A program made the position numbers and the translations under genes. A stretch of DNA of 64,000 nucleotides from Octopus vulgaris (lineage: Eukaryota). Position 1 is the stretch's first letter. Each line of letters begins with the position of its first letter. This document shows positions 43,422 through 56,579 of the stretch, in pieces. The notes beneath the pieces are model-generated. The model did not search any database. It was not told where the DNA came from and was given only the letters and a program-made list of their open reading frames with translations. The stretch spans positions 6,448,001-6,512,000 of the forward strand of contig OX597839.1 in NCBI GenBank assembly GCA_951406725.2. Direction: 5' to 3'.

Positions 43422-43559
43422 CAAAGTGGAGTTGTAAGGTACCGCACGAGTGGAATTATATATGAAAGAAGGTTTGAAAATGCAATTTTAAAAGATGTTT
43501 ATTTATTTTTACCGGTTTATCAAAAGTAACATGTAAAAGTTGTGTGAGTTATTGGTTGT

Positions 43560-43970
43560 CACAAAATGCTACATTACATATATACAGTCTTTGGTAACAG
43601 ACATGTTAAGGACATAAAAAAGTTTCACAAATTCATTGAAATATTGGGCACAAAAGATTACAACATATATATACATTCTCAAGAAAATGTTAAAAATAGT
43701 TTCCAGAAGGAATTATTAAAAAGTTCAGTAGAATATATTGGTGTTGTATCTATATACATACACGCACAGAATATTGGTAGTCACAAAATACTACTATACA
43801 TATACACATTCTTTGGTAACAAGAACATGTTAAGAACATAAAAAATTTTTTAAAGTTCATTAAAATACTGGGCACAAAGGATTACAACATATATATACAT
43901 TCTTAAGAAAATGTTATAGATAGTTTCCAGAAGGAATTATTAAAAAGTTCAGTGGAATATATTGGTATAT
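43560..43970. repeat. Diverged tandem duplication of about 222 bp
   Basis: CACAAAAT(G/A)CTAC at 43560 and 43782, followed by aligned sequence. Confidence 0.8.
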
Positions 43971-43979
43971 ATGTATATG

Positions 43980-44052
<73 letters not shown>

Positions 44053-44428
44053 GCGTCCCCAAAGCTCATTCCCTCCTCACCGGTGTGGGGACGCTGGCAA
44101 CGGGTAGTGTCAGAGCTATGCCGTCGGGAACTTCGGTTCCTGGTAGGGCCACCCAAGGCGGATTGGTCTGACACCGAGTGGTATTAGGGCCACAACCCGG
44201 CAGATTGGGCTTTGGTGAAAATCCTCGGAGTGTCTGCTTCGGCAACCGGCGGCTCCTCGGTCGTTCTGTCCCAGCGTCTGCGGACAATCTGCGGCAAACA
44301 GGATGTCTCCACATGCGGGATTGTTGGGGACCGCTTGTGAAATCCACATATTCCCACGAAACTTCTTCCATGAGTAGAAGAAGCCGACTCAACCCGCCCA
44401 GAGTGAATGTCGCCACAAGTACAAATAA

Positions 44429-44430
<2 letters not shown>
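44053..44430 (+). mobile_element. ORF-less GC-rich element in (TA)n carrying an RTE-5'UTR-like structured RNA
   Basis: Nested stems with a C(UUCG)G tetraloop. AGAGCTATG..CCTGGTAGGGCCACCCAAGG resembles RTE/Expander 5'UTRs (from memory). Confidence 0.6.
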
Positions 44431-44464
<34 letters not shown>

Positions 44465-44467
<3 letters not shown>

Positions 44468-44671
44468 TAATCCAAACAAGAAAGCACACAAAAAACACAA
44501 CAACGCGAGGACGTGGAACAAAAATAGTATTATTGGACGCTCAGGAAAGAAGGAAAGAAGGAGGTTTTAACGTTTCGAGCGGCGCTCTTCGTCGGAAACA
44601 TAGGAGAAGGTAAGATCCAGAGAAGGGAAGACAGAGGAAAAAAAATCGCCAACGGTACACACGAGGTCACA
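44465..44671 (-). mobile_element. Penelope-like family E1 (hammerhead-like motif 44565-44599)
   Basis: Match to 4549-4754. Confidence 0.7.
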
Positions 44672-45057
44672 TTTTTCGAATATATTTATATATATTCTTC
44701 AAACAGAAACCGGTATTATCGTCATTATAATAATATGGTAACAAGGAATGAGAATTATATTCACTCATCACTAGATTGAAGAATTTGTTAGATATAAGTC
44801 TCAAATCACATGAGAATATTGTATTCTAGTTATCTCACCTGTTCTTTTCTAGTTTGCTTTGAGTCCATCTACCAAATCTACGCACACACACTTTTACTGC
44901 CGCACTGAATGTATTACTGTGTGTGTGCTTATGTGTGTATGTATATGTCTATATATATCTATATCTATCTATCTATCTATACATATATATATATGTATAT
45001 ATGTATGTATGTATATATGAATGTATGTATATATGTATATATATATATATAATGTTG

Positions 45058-45090
<33 letters not shown>

Positions 45091-45332
45091 ATGTGTTTAA
45101 TGTGTTCGTATGTGTACACATATACGTAAATATATATATACGTATACATACATAAACACACACATATACACAGTAAATCTTATGCAAACATTGAAACATA
45201 CATGTATTCACATTAATGCATACAGACACCCACACACGCACACTCACATATATACCTATATACACACAAACAAATATATATACATACATACAAACATACA
45301 TACATATATATATATAAATACATATGTATATG

Positions 45333-45363
<31 letters not shown>

Positions 45364-46117
45364 GTATGTATATACATATGTATATATGCACACACAGAGA
45401 GATAGACATATACATTAATAAATACATAAGATCACACCAAACCTCTTTCGCAATCATTCATGAATTATAGATTTCTGCGATAACCATCTGCATAGAATTA
45501 ACACGCCTATCGTTCGTTGATACATATTCACACATCGCCACAGATACATAGATTCACTGGAAGAAAAATATACAAACACAGATACGAACACAGCCTACAC
45601 GCATACACACACATACACATACATACATATACACACACATACATACACACACACCTTTTGGGAAGCAGTCAAAAGGCATTCATTGGAACATAATTCGGTC
45701 ATAGAATTTGTCTTAATCCGTATTACCTGTCTGTTTCACACGCATCACGCATCATGTCCCGCACACACACACACACACATACACACACACACACACATCT
45801 GTTTTGTAGGTGTTACATATTCTCCTGATTATCATCTCCTCCAGTCCACCTTTTCTGATTATTTCACACCCGTTACTGGAATTGCGTTGGCTATATAGGA
45901 TTGTAATACTCTGTCTATTTCCTCTTCCTTCTCCTCCTTTACCATTTCATCGAAACCAACAATAACGAGAGTACTAACAAGTTTTTGCTATTAGGAAAAT
46001 GGCTATGCTTGTCACGAGTTCGTTTACAATTGCTTTGAGTGTCGCACACGCGCCAGCATCTCTGACGAGTCCTTAATGTGAAATGAAACGAAACTTAATG
46101 TGAAACGATATACAGAT

Positions 46118-46280
46118 AGGCGCAGGAGTGACTGTGTGGTAAGTAGCTTTTTTACCAACCACATGGTTCCGGCTTCAGTCCCACTGCGTGGCACCTTGGG
46201 CAAGTGTCTTCTACTATAGCCTCGGGCCGACCAAAGCCTTGTGAGTTGATTTGGTAGGCGGAAACTGAAAGAAGCCTGTC

Positions 46281-46319
<39 letters not shown>

Positions 46320-46470
46320 CGTGTGTGTGTGTGTGTGTGCGTGTATGATTGTGTGTCTGTGTTTGTCCCCCTAGCATTGCTTGATAACCGGTGCTGGTGT
46401 GTTTATGTCCCCGTTACTTAGCGGTGCTCCAGCATGGCCGCAGTCAAATGACTGAAACAAGTAAAAGAGA
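46118..46470 (+). mobile_element. SINE family B with internal deletion
   Basis: Match to family B. The tail jumps from TTAGCGG to TGCTCCAGC. Confidence 0.82.
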
Positions 46471-46595
46471 GATACTCATTTCATGTTGTCTTCGTGTTTT
46501 AGATTACCATGGAGAATTATTTCGGCAGCAAGTTCTCTAAATATATGCTCGTTGAATAGACATTGTCTGACGCCCGAGTTTCCGTCTAAAAAATA

Positions 46596-47030
46596 CATCA
46601 TCATCATCATTATTCGACCGTGTTCGAGACAATGGAATTTACTATGCTACGCCAGACTTCACGGTCCATCATAGCATTACGGAGGTCCTGTTGCTGGATG
46701 CCTGTATCCCTGGAGATTAAATCAGGGTAGGAGAGTGTGCGCCCTCTGGTATCGCGAGTAGATGGCTTCCAGAGGAGAAGAGTAGAAATTACCTCATTTT
46801 CAGCTCTACAACAATGTCCAGCAAACTGGGCTCTTCTACCTTTCACAAGAGATGTTACAGGTGGTAGTTTCCCATATATTTGTACTTTGGTTGGATGACG
46901 CTTCCACGAGAGATTTTGAGCTTTCATAAGGAGGCGAGTGTAAGTTCCATCCAACCGCCTCTCAAGCTTCTTTGATAACGTCCAGGTTTCTGAGCCATAT
47001 AGTAGAATTGGTTCGACTGTGCTTTGAAAA
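46596..47030 (-). mobile_element. RTE-clade LINE 3' end with (ATG)n tail
   Basis: Open translation [44 protein letters not shown] (LLYGSETW and DR..WR motifs). Confidence 0.88.
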
Positions 47031-47094
47031 CGTCTTGCCACAGAGCCCCGCCTGCGTTTACACTTTCTGTGTGTGTATGTATGTGTGTTTGTAT

Positions 47095-47141
<47 letters not shown>

Positions 47142-47628
47142 AGTGTGTGTGTGTGAGTGTGTGTGTGTATGAGTGTGTGTGTGTGTGTGTATGTGTTGAG
47201 GGATTGTTGAATGGTTCCTGGCTTTAAGGGTACCACAAAAGACCTGATTGGAGGCACAACCTTCCGAGTTCCTTTACAGGACTCAGAAATTCAGAAGGGT
47301 CGCTGCAAAAAGTGTAAATCTGGGAGGGGAATATATATATTTATATCTTTATTCTTTTATTCTTTTACTTGCTTCAGTTATTTGACTGCGGCTATGCTGG
47401 AGCACCGCATTGAAAAGTTTTAGTCGAAGAAATCGACCCCAGGACTTATTTTTTAAACCTAGTATTTATTCTATCGATTTCTCTTGCTGAGCCGCAAGAT
47501 TATCGGGCCGTAAACACACCAGCACCGGTTGTCGAGTGGTGACAGGGGACAAACACAAATTCAGTGGGACTGAACCCGGAGCCATGTCGTTGGTAAGCAA
47601 GCTACTTACCACACATCCACTCCTACGC

Positions 47629-47662
<34 letters not shown>

Positions 47663-47668
47663 TATATA

Positions 47669-47862
<194 letters not shown>

Positions 47863-47914
47863 TATACATTTATATATATATATATATATAAAATATATAT
47901 ATAATATATTATAC

Positions 47915-47951
<37 letters not shown>

Positions 47952-48240
47952 ATTGCATTATACACATATGCACACAACCACTCACAATCCTTGTATATTT
48001 GCTTGTATATACAGACGCAACCACATACACTTTGGAGTGTGCAAAATAGGAAATTATTCAAAATATGCCACAGTGTACCGCTAACACCGGTCATTAGCTT
48101 CTTGTTTAAGTACATTTGACTGTAGTCGAGAATTGGAATGTCTGCTCGCTGATGGCGCCACCAATGTTGTGCCGTAGGCGAAAATGTCAATGACACTGAT
48201 CTACAATGTTTAAATAACATAAATAATAATAATAATAATG

Positions 48241-48290
<50 letters not shown>

Positions 48291-48309
48291 GATAATGATG
48301 ATGATGATA

Positions 48310-48375
<66 letters not shown>

Positions 48376-48406
48376 TTGATAATAATATTAATAATAATAA
48401 TAATAA

Positions 48407-49001
48407 ATGCCCTGATACAGTACCAGGCAGTGGCTCTCATGGCTTCTGATCTTAACTGATTGGAAGTGTTATCATGTACATTGTTTTGTCTTGGTATAAA
48501 AGATGAGCTACAGCAAATATTCTGCTCAATACCACAGATTTGCTTGTCAGTTGTTTGACCTTAACCAGTTGAGTATGTCCCTTAGTGGCTGACGATATAT
48601 GCATCTCTGATCACGAGCAGAAGTAGTGGGGGAGCATCATAGCCATGTGTTGAGAGGGATTCTTTAGGGTTTGCATCATAGCCATGTGTTGAGAGGGATT
48701 CTTTGGGGTTTGAATAATTCAGTTCTGGAAACATGCGTGTTTCGTTCAACATCCTTAAACAACCCTTATTCAGAGACCTTTTAAGCGGGATGGGTTACTC
48801 GACCAGAAGAAAATTCTAACTGGGCCCCACTTGCAAGGTCATGTGCTGTTTATCTTGATATGAGATTACCATGTTGCGCACATATGGTTGTGATGCATGT
48901 GCCTGGTGTACCCTTATCTGACAGGTAGTCATGATGGCTATACTGGGCTTCGTATATTTTACCCCAGTGTCACTTTGATGGCATGCACTGCTCTCTCACT
49001 C
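48407..49001 (+). mobile_element. (TAA)n-embedded ORF-less repeat, longer copy
   Basis: (TAA)n on both sides. Internal ~38-bp duplication at 48634-48711. Second copy at 29243. Confidence 0.8.
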
Positions 49002-49019
49002 AATAATAATAATAATAAC

Positions 49020-49082
<63 letters not shown>

Positions 49083-49311
49083 CCTTTCTAGTAAAGGTAC
49101 AAAGCCTGAAATTTAGTGGCAGGGTACTCGTCGATCACATCGATCCCAGGGTTTCACTGGTTCTCAATTTATCAACCCCGAATTTATCGACCCTGAAAGG
49201 ATGAAAGGCAAAGTCGACCTCGGCGGAATTTGAACTCAGAACGTAAAGGCAGACGAAATACTGCTAAGTCTTTCGGCTGGCATGCTAACGTTTCTGCCAA
49301 CTCGTCGCCTT
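49083..49311 (-). mobile_element. SINE C-related copy
   Basis: Head and core match family C; the tail differs. Confidence 0.7.
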
Positions 49312-49403
49312 AATAATATTATTTGTTATTATATTAACATTAATACTTGTTAATATTATCACTTATATGCTATGATGATGATGATAGTTATAACAACTAA
49401 CAT

Positions 49404-49458
<55 letters not shown>

Positions 49459-49479
49459 AGTGGATTATAAAAAACATTA

Positions 49480-49552
49480 GGTTGGTGTGTGTCAAAGGAG
49501 TGTGCTCTGTAATTACCTCTTCACCTTAGCCACCTTTAAAAACTGAAGCCCC
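49480..49552 (+). pseudogene. Tiny decayed RTE reverse-transcriptase fragment
   Basis: VGVCQRSVLCNYLFTL resembles the GVxQGSVLSPLLF motif. Confidence 0.35.
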
Positions 49553-50177
49553 TGTTTTTCCGATCCTCCCACAGGTGATGTGATGGATTCTTTCAGATCC
49601 GGTTTGGGCCCACTCAGTTGAAAGTTCACCCTCTCAATCAAATCTCAAAGAATAATGTTTTTTTGCCTTCAAGTGACGAATGACGAATGAACAGAAAAGA
49701 ATTTCTTCCCTCCGGCTGTCTCTAAACTATTACTGTTATTAAACACTATCTTGTCAGTTATAAAGTATGAAAAGCAGACGATAACCTACGTGTGTAATGG
49801 CCACTGGAAAACGAAATAGCGGGTACAGCCCCGAAGCGCTTCTCATTTCGTCCTGGTGCATTGCATAAAACAGAATCGGTCGGATCTTTTCCGTTACTGT
49901 CAAAGATTTGGGCATTTTAAAACTGTGTTTTTCAACCAGTGTCCATATGATACCTGGGGGTCCGTATTAAAGTGGGGACTCACAGTAATATTCAAAACTA
50001 AGCTAAGAGCCAGATTGGGGCAATCTCGATTATCTGGAACTCGACTGAGGATAGAAAACTCCGAATGACCCGTCCTTGTTTTCTTTGTATCATCTGTCTG
50101 GATGTTTTGCTTTCTTGTCCCATTTTTGTATTTTTATATATATATAAAATATAGCGGCGTACGTACACTTTGGTCTC

Positions 50178-50340
<163 letters not shown>

Positions 50341-50474
50341 CGACGGGCTTCTTTCAGTTTCTACCAAATCCACCCGCAATATTTTGGTCGGCCCGCGGCT
50401 GTAGTAGAAAACACTTGCCCAAGATGCAACGCAGTGAGACTGCACCCGGAACCGAATAGTGGTATATATAGTAT

Positions 50475-50812
50475 TGGAAGTGGCTCTCCATCGGTTACGA
50501 CGACGAGGGTTCCACTTGATTCGATCAGCGGAACAGCTTGCTCGTGAATTAACGTGCAAAGTGACTGACCACTCCAAACACACGAGTAACCCAAATGAAG
50601 TTTTTCGGGTGCTTCAGTATGACACAGAATGTGATATGGCTGGCTTTTTTGAAATACAGGTAATATTCATTTTTGCCAGCTGAATGGACTGGAGGAACGT
50701 GAAAAAAAATAAAGTACTTTGCTCAAGGACACAACGCGTCACCGAGAACAGAACGCACGACCTTACGATCATAAGCCAAACATCGTAACCACTAAGCCAT
50801 GTGACTCCACTG
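50475..50812 (-). mobile_element. Older SINE with CORE/Nin-like middle and the type-1 tail
   Basis: tRNA-like head TGGCTTAGTGG, GTGTCCTTGAGCAA, CCAGTCCATTCAGCTGG..AAATGA, and a tail homologous to SINE A type 1. Confidence 0.65.
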
Positions 50813-50822
50813 CATTAGAAGT

Positions 50823-51201
50823 GGAAGCACTCCGTCGGTTACGACGATGAGGGTTCCGGTTGATCCGAATCAACGGAACAGCCTGCTCGTGAAATTAACG
50901 TGTAAGTGGCTGAGCACTCCACAGACACGTGCACCCTTAACGTAGTTCTCGGGGTTATTCAGCGTGACACAGAGAGTGACAAGGCCGGCCCTTTGAAATA
51001 CAGGTACAACAGAAACAGGAAGTAAGAGAGAAAGCTGTGGTGAAAGAGTACAGCAGGGATCACCACCATCCCCTGCCGGAGCCTCGTGGAACTTTTAGGT
51101 GTTTTCGCTCAATAAACATTCACAACGCCCGGTCTGGGAATCGAAACCGCGATCCTATGACCGCGAATCCGCTGCCCTAACCACTGGGCCATTGCGCCTC
51201 C
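50823..51201 (-). mobile_element. SINE family A, tail type 1
   Basis: Match to 1840-2224. Confidence 0.85.
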
Positions 51202-51616
51202 ACAGTATTAGAAGTATTAGAGCGCTAACTACAGACTACGCCGAAACACCGAGTAAGCACTTGAGGGTTAATTTAGTAGCGGAAATACTTGAGTGGCACT
51301 TGGCGAAATATAGGAATGACACTTGCAGGCTAAATAACGATATATTGCTAACACTTATATGACGTATGTTTTTTATCTTTTATCCTGTACACGTGCTTCA
51401 GTCATTGGACTACGGCCATGCTGGGGCACCACTTTAAAGGAGTTAGCCGAACAAATCCACCCCAGTGTTTATAATTATATATATTTTTTTTACAGCCAAG
51501 TATTCTATCTAATACTTTTGTCGAACCGCTAGGTTATGCGGACGTAAATAAACCGACACCGGTTGTCAAGCAGTGGCGAAGGAGAAACACAGAGATACAT
51601 GTATATAATATATATA

Positions 51617-51909
51617 ACGGGAAGCTTTATGAAAATAGACAAAAGACGAAGGCAGGTGGAAAACAAACAAACAATTGTATTAGTATGGCGCTCAGGAAAT
51701 ATAAATAAAACAAGTCTTTAACGTTTCGAGCCTACGCTCTTCAACAGAAAGATACACAGAGAAAAAAAACACAGAAAGAAGGAGAGAAAAAATGCGTGCA
51801 GTAACTAACGAATCAACATGGCGATCTGATTTCGGCCAGAGGTCAAAGATCAAACATGAGACGCGAGAGCGAAATAAGGGGAGATAATAGGGTTGATAAT
51901 AGGGTTGAA

Positions 51910-51910
<1 letters not shown>
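51617..51910 (-). mobile_element. Penelope-like E2-related fragment (hammerhead-like motif 51715-51752)
   Basis: UCUUU-CUGUUGA-A-GAGC-GUAG-GCUC-GAA-ACGU-U-AAAGA. Confidence 0.68.
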
Positions 51911-51953
<43 letters not shown>

Positions 51954-52559
51954 GTGTATATATATTTTTTCCCTCTGCCAGATCCAGCCACAAAATTTCC
52001 GTCAGGCCGGGGCTAACATAAGAAGCACTTGGCTGGAGTGCTACTCAGTGAGTCTGAACACGGTAACGTGTGACTGGAGAGCTAACTTCTTATCATATAG
52101 CCCCACTCACACACACACACAAATTTATGATCCAAGGATCGAGGTGTAGGAAGAAGGTGAGCTTCAAAGCAATCCATAGGAAATATAAAAAAACAATGTT
52201 CTTCTGTTGGCCTGCTCGCTTAGCCAGCGGGGTAGTGTCATTGAAGGCTAAAACAATGCGAAGCGCATTGTGACCAGCGATGTGTAGCAACATCTGATAG
52301 CCTGGTCGGTCACGGTGGTCATGTGATACATATATACAAATATCTCTTTTACTTTTATCTTCTTTTCCTTGTGTCAGTCATTTGACTGCAGCCATGATGA
52401 AAGGTTTTTTAGAGGCGAACAAACGATTTCATACCTATTGTATCGATTTCTAAGTGTTAATCGATAAGTTAAAAGAGATGTAAGCAAACGTACACGGTTG
52501 TCAAGTGGTGGTGGTTGGACAAACACAGACACAAACATTCAAACACTTCCCTCTATATT

Positions 52560-52964
52560 TTCTTACTCTTTTACTTGTTTCAGTCATTTGACTGCGGCCA
52601 TGCTGGAGCACCACCTTTAATCGAGCAACTCGACCCCGGGACTTATTCTTTGTAAGCCCAGTACTTATTCTATCGGTCTCTTTTGCCGAACCGCCAAGTG
52701 ACGGGGACATAAACACACCAGCATCGGTTGTCAAGCAATGCTAGGAGGACAAACACAGACACTCAAACACACAGGCACACACACACATATATATATATAT
52801 ACATATATACGACGGGCTTCTTTCAGTTTCCGTCTACCAAATTCACTCACAAGGCTTTGGTCGGCCCGAGGCTATAGTAGAAGACACTTGCCCAAGATGC
52901 CACGCAGTGGGACTGAACCCGGAACCATGTGGTTGGTAAGCAAGCTACTTACCACACAGCCACT
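52560..52964 (-). mobile_element. SINE family B, full length
   Basis: Match to family B. Confidence 0.88.
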
Positions 52965-53390
52965 ATTTATATATATATATATATATATATATCTTATGTG
53001 TACATACATACATACACCTTCAACATCACTGCAAAAACCATTATAATCACTTACAATACATTTAGCCACCACCACCACCACAACTATCACTTCCCACCAC
53101 CAACGCCACGACCACCACGATAACCATCACTAAGGCCACAATCGCCATCACCAACCACTACTACAATCAGCACTACAACCGTGGCCACAACCACCATCAC
53201 CATCACAATCAACAGTAGCACCATCACAGCTTTTGTCGCATCATCCACCACCAACGTCACCACAACTACGACCGCAGCCACTACCACCACCGCCGCTACA
53301 ATCACCACCACGGTAACTACCAAAACAGCCAAAGTCACCACCAACAACACGACCATCATCATCATCATCATCAATGACATCGTCCATACC

Positions 53391-54000
53391 ACCTATTTCT
53401 TTACTACCCACAAGGGGCTAAACACAGAGAGGACAAACAAGGACAGACAAACGGATTAAGTCGATTACATCGACCCCCCCCCCCCCCAATGCGTAACTGG
53501 TACTTATTTAATCGACCCCGAAAGGATGAAAGGCAAAGTCGACCTCGGCGGAATTTGAACTCAGAATGTAGCGGCAGACGAAATCCCTATTTCTTTACTA
53601 CCCACAAGGGGCTAAACACAGAGGGGACAAACAAGGACAGACAAACGGATTAAGTCGATTATATCGACCCCAGTGCGTAACTGGTACTTTATTTAATCGA
53701 CCCCGAAAGGATGAAAGGCAAAGTCGACCTCGGCGGAATTTGAACTCAGAAGGTAGCGGCAGACGAGATACCTATTTCTTTACTACCCACAAGGGGATAA
53801 ACACGGAGGGGACAAACAAGGACAGACAAACGGATTAAGTCGATTATATCGACCCCAGTGCGTAACTGGTACTTTATTTAATCGACCCCCGAAAGGATGA
53901 AAAGCAAAGTCGACCTCGGCGGAATTTGAACTCAGGATGTAGCGGCAGACGAAATACCGCCAAGCATTTCGCCCAGCGCGCTAACGTGTCTTCCAGCTCG
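53391..54000 (-). mobile_element. SINE C head plus three body units
   Basis: Same internal junction as the 40791-41573 array, at ~53585 and ~53770. Confidence 0.85.
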
Positions 54001-54580
54001 TCCACACCACCGTCACAATCACCACAACCACAATCATGACCACCGCTACCATGACTTCTACAGTACTGCCACTGCCACTACCACCTCTAACTTACCCCAC
54101 CACCACAACACTCCCACCTCCATGGCCACCTCCACCGTTATAATCACTAATTTTACACCCTCTCTCCCACCACCATATACACTCCACGTCAAGCAAACAC
54201 CGTATTGTTCGCTTCTGAGAAGAATTAAATATTAAAAAAACAATACTATCCAATAACAATTGGGGGTTAACCCTGAACCCTAAAACACACAAACACGATC
54301 GACCCCACAGAGACACACTGTAGAGGGGTGGGGTACACCTTAAGTTTGATTAAATGAATAGGATTTACCTGGATTGGACACCTGGACAGGTATTCACGTC
54401 TTTTGATTTTTTTTTACCCGAACACACTCACACACACACACACACATACACTCACACACACACATACACTCACACACACACGCACTCACACACACACGCA
54501 CTCACACTCACACACACTCACACACACATACACTCACACACACACATACACTCACACACACACACTCACACACACACACA

Positions 54581-54631
<51 letters not shown>

Positions 54632-54840
54632 ATACACAACACACACACACAGAATACAGGAGCTCGCACATGTACATAGACATTCCAACATATACACATA
54701 CATGAGTAAAGGCACACATAAGTGAATGCACATTTCTATACAACAATGTGAGTGCTTATATGGCTGATGTGTGGGAGTGTATCCGTGTGTGTTTGTGTGT
54801 TTGCGTGTATGTGCGTGTGCAAGTGGACATGTATATATAT

Positions 54841-54885
<45 letters not shown>

Positions 54886-54905
54886 GTACGTACACTCGTA
54901 TGTGT

Positions 54906-55156
54906 GGAGGCGCAATGGCCCAGCGGACTCGCAGTCGGAGGATTGCGGTTCCGATTCCCAGGCCGGGCATTGTGAGTGTTTATTGAGCGAAAACACCTAA
55001 AGCTCCACGAGGCTCCGGTAGGGGGTGGTGGTGAACCCCGCTGTACTTTTTCACCACAACTTTCTCTCACTCTTTCTTCCTGTATCTGTTGTACCTGCAT
55101 TTCAAAGGGCCAGCCTTGTCACACTCTGTGCCACGCTGAATCTACCCGAGAACTAC
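54906..55156 (+). mobile_element. SINE family A, 3'-truncated, A box damaged
   Basis: 12-bp deletion between two CAG repeats (GGCCCAG[TGGTTAGGGCAG]CGG). Confidence 0.78.
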
Positions 55157-55437
55157 AATCTATAACAATATGTTATATGAATAGCAATAACTAAGAATAG
55201 AACAGCAAATGGACAGCAACGTCAGGTATAATCGTCACAGTAACACTGTTAAAAGTGACAACAATAACAATAACAGCAACAATACAAAAGACAGTGATAA
55301 AATAGACAACGGGAAGAAGATTAGTAAAAAAAAAATAGCAGCAAAAATGATAGCTTTAACCATTGTTGTAAGAAGGGTATGTACCGGCATCTGGCACGCA
55401 GGAAACCTAGTGTTTGATTACATGCCGATGAATAAGT

Positions 55438-55500
<63 letters not shown>

Positions 55501-55504
<4 letters not shown>

Positions 55505-55686
55505 ATAGTTTACGAAAAAAAACAAAAGACGAAGGCAGGTGGTGTACAAAACAAACAGATGTATTAGTATAACGCTCAGGAATAGAAAAAGTATTTTACG
55601 TTTCGAGCCTACGCTCTTCTACAGAGAGGGACACAGAAAAAAACAAGGAGAGAAAAAAAGGTGTGTAGTGGCTAACGATCTATCGT
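55501..55686 (-). mobile_element. Penelope-like family E2
   Basis: Match to 4782-4978, with stem I of the hammerhead-like motif decayed. Confidence 0.65.
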
Positions 55687-55856
55687 ATGTATGTGTATGT
55701 ATGTATATGTATATCTATATGTATGCATGTATGTATATATACCCGAAATTGCAAAGATAATCTGGAACTCGATTGAGGATAGAAAACTCTGAATGATCCG
55801 TCCTTGTTTTCTCTGTATCGTCTGTCTGGATGTTTTGAGTTCCTGTCCTATTTTTG

Positions 55857-55893
<37 letters not shown>

Positions 55894-55906
55894 TAGATAG
55901 ATATAT

Positions 55907-55976
<70 letters not shown>

Positions 55977-55982
55977 TGATAT

Positions 55983-56330
55983 GTTTCTTTATTAGTCACA
56001 CAGGGCTGCACACAGACGGGACAGATTACAAAGTAGAGCTTTTCTTTATGGGGGGAAAAGAAAAAAAAATGTGGGGTAGGTTTTCGATCAAAAGGGATCG
56101 TAAAAGGGAAAGAAAAAATAACGATCAATAGGGATCGTGTATCAAAGTTTGTCATGATGTAAAGTATAAAGGGGGAAGCAGATAGGGTTTATCCGTGGAA
56201 AGAAAAGACTATGGAAAATACCACGGTAACCTCGGTCAATAATGTTACATGTTAACACATTTGTTTGCCAGTAGGTAACCGTCTGTTTTAAATTTTTCCG
56301 GGTTCATAGGATTATGCTCAAGATAGGGAC
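55983..56330 (-). mobile_element. Probable L1/Tx1-type LINE 3'UTR fragment
   Basis: Ends CTGTCCCGTCTGTGTGCAGCCCTGTGTGACTAATAAAGAAAC next to (TATC)n and resembles the SINE C tail. Confidence 0.4.
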
Positions 56331-56579
56331 AGAGAGCAGACAGACGGCAGACGAATAGGGAGGAAAGCATTGCTTGTCTAGGAGAGTCGACAAGGCATCA
56401 GGTTTTCCTTCTTCTACCGTGCAAACATTTTTCAGCAACGCTGATTTATTAAATAAAACAACTGGAATTTGTTACTCAGGAAAGAGGGAGAATCAGCCCC
56501 ACCCACGAGAGGTAATTTTCCTAAAGTTTTAGTATGAGTATTAAAAAAATCATATTAAATCTGAAGGAGAGCAATTACA

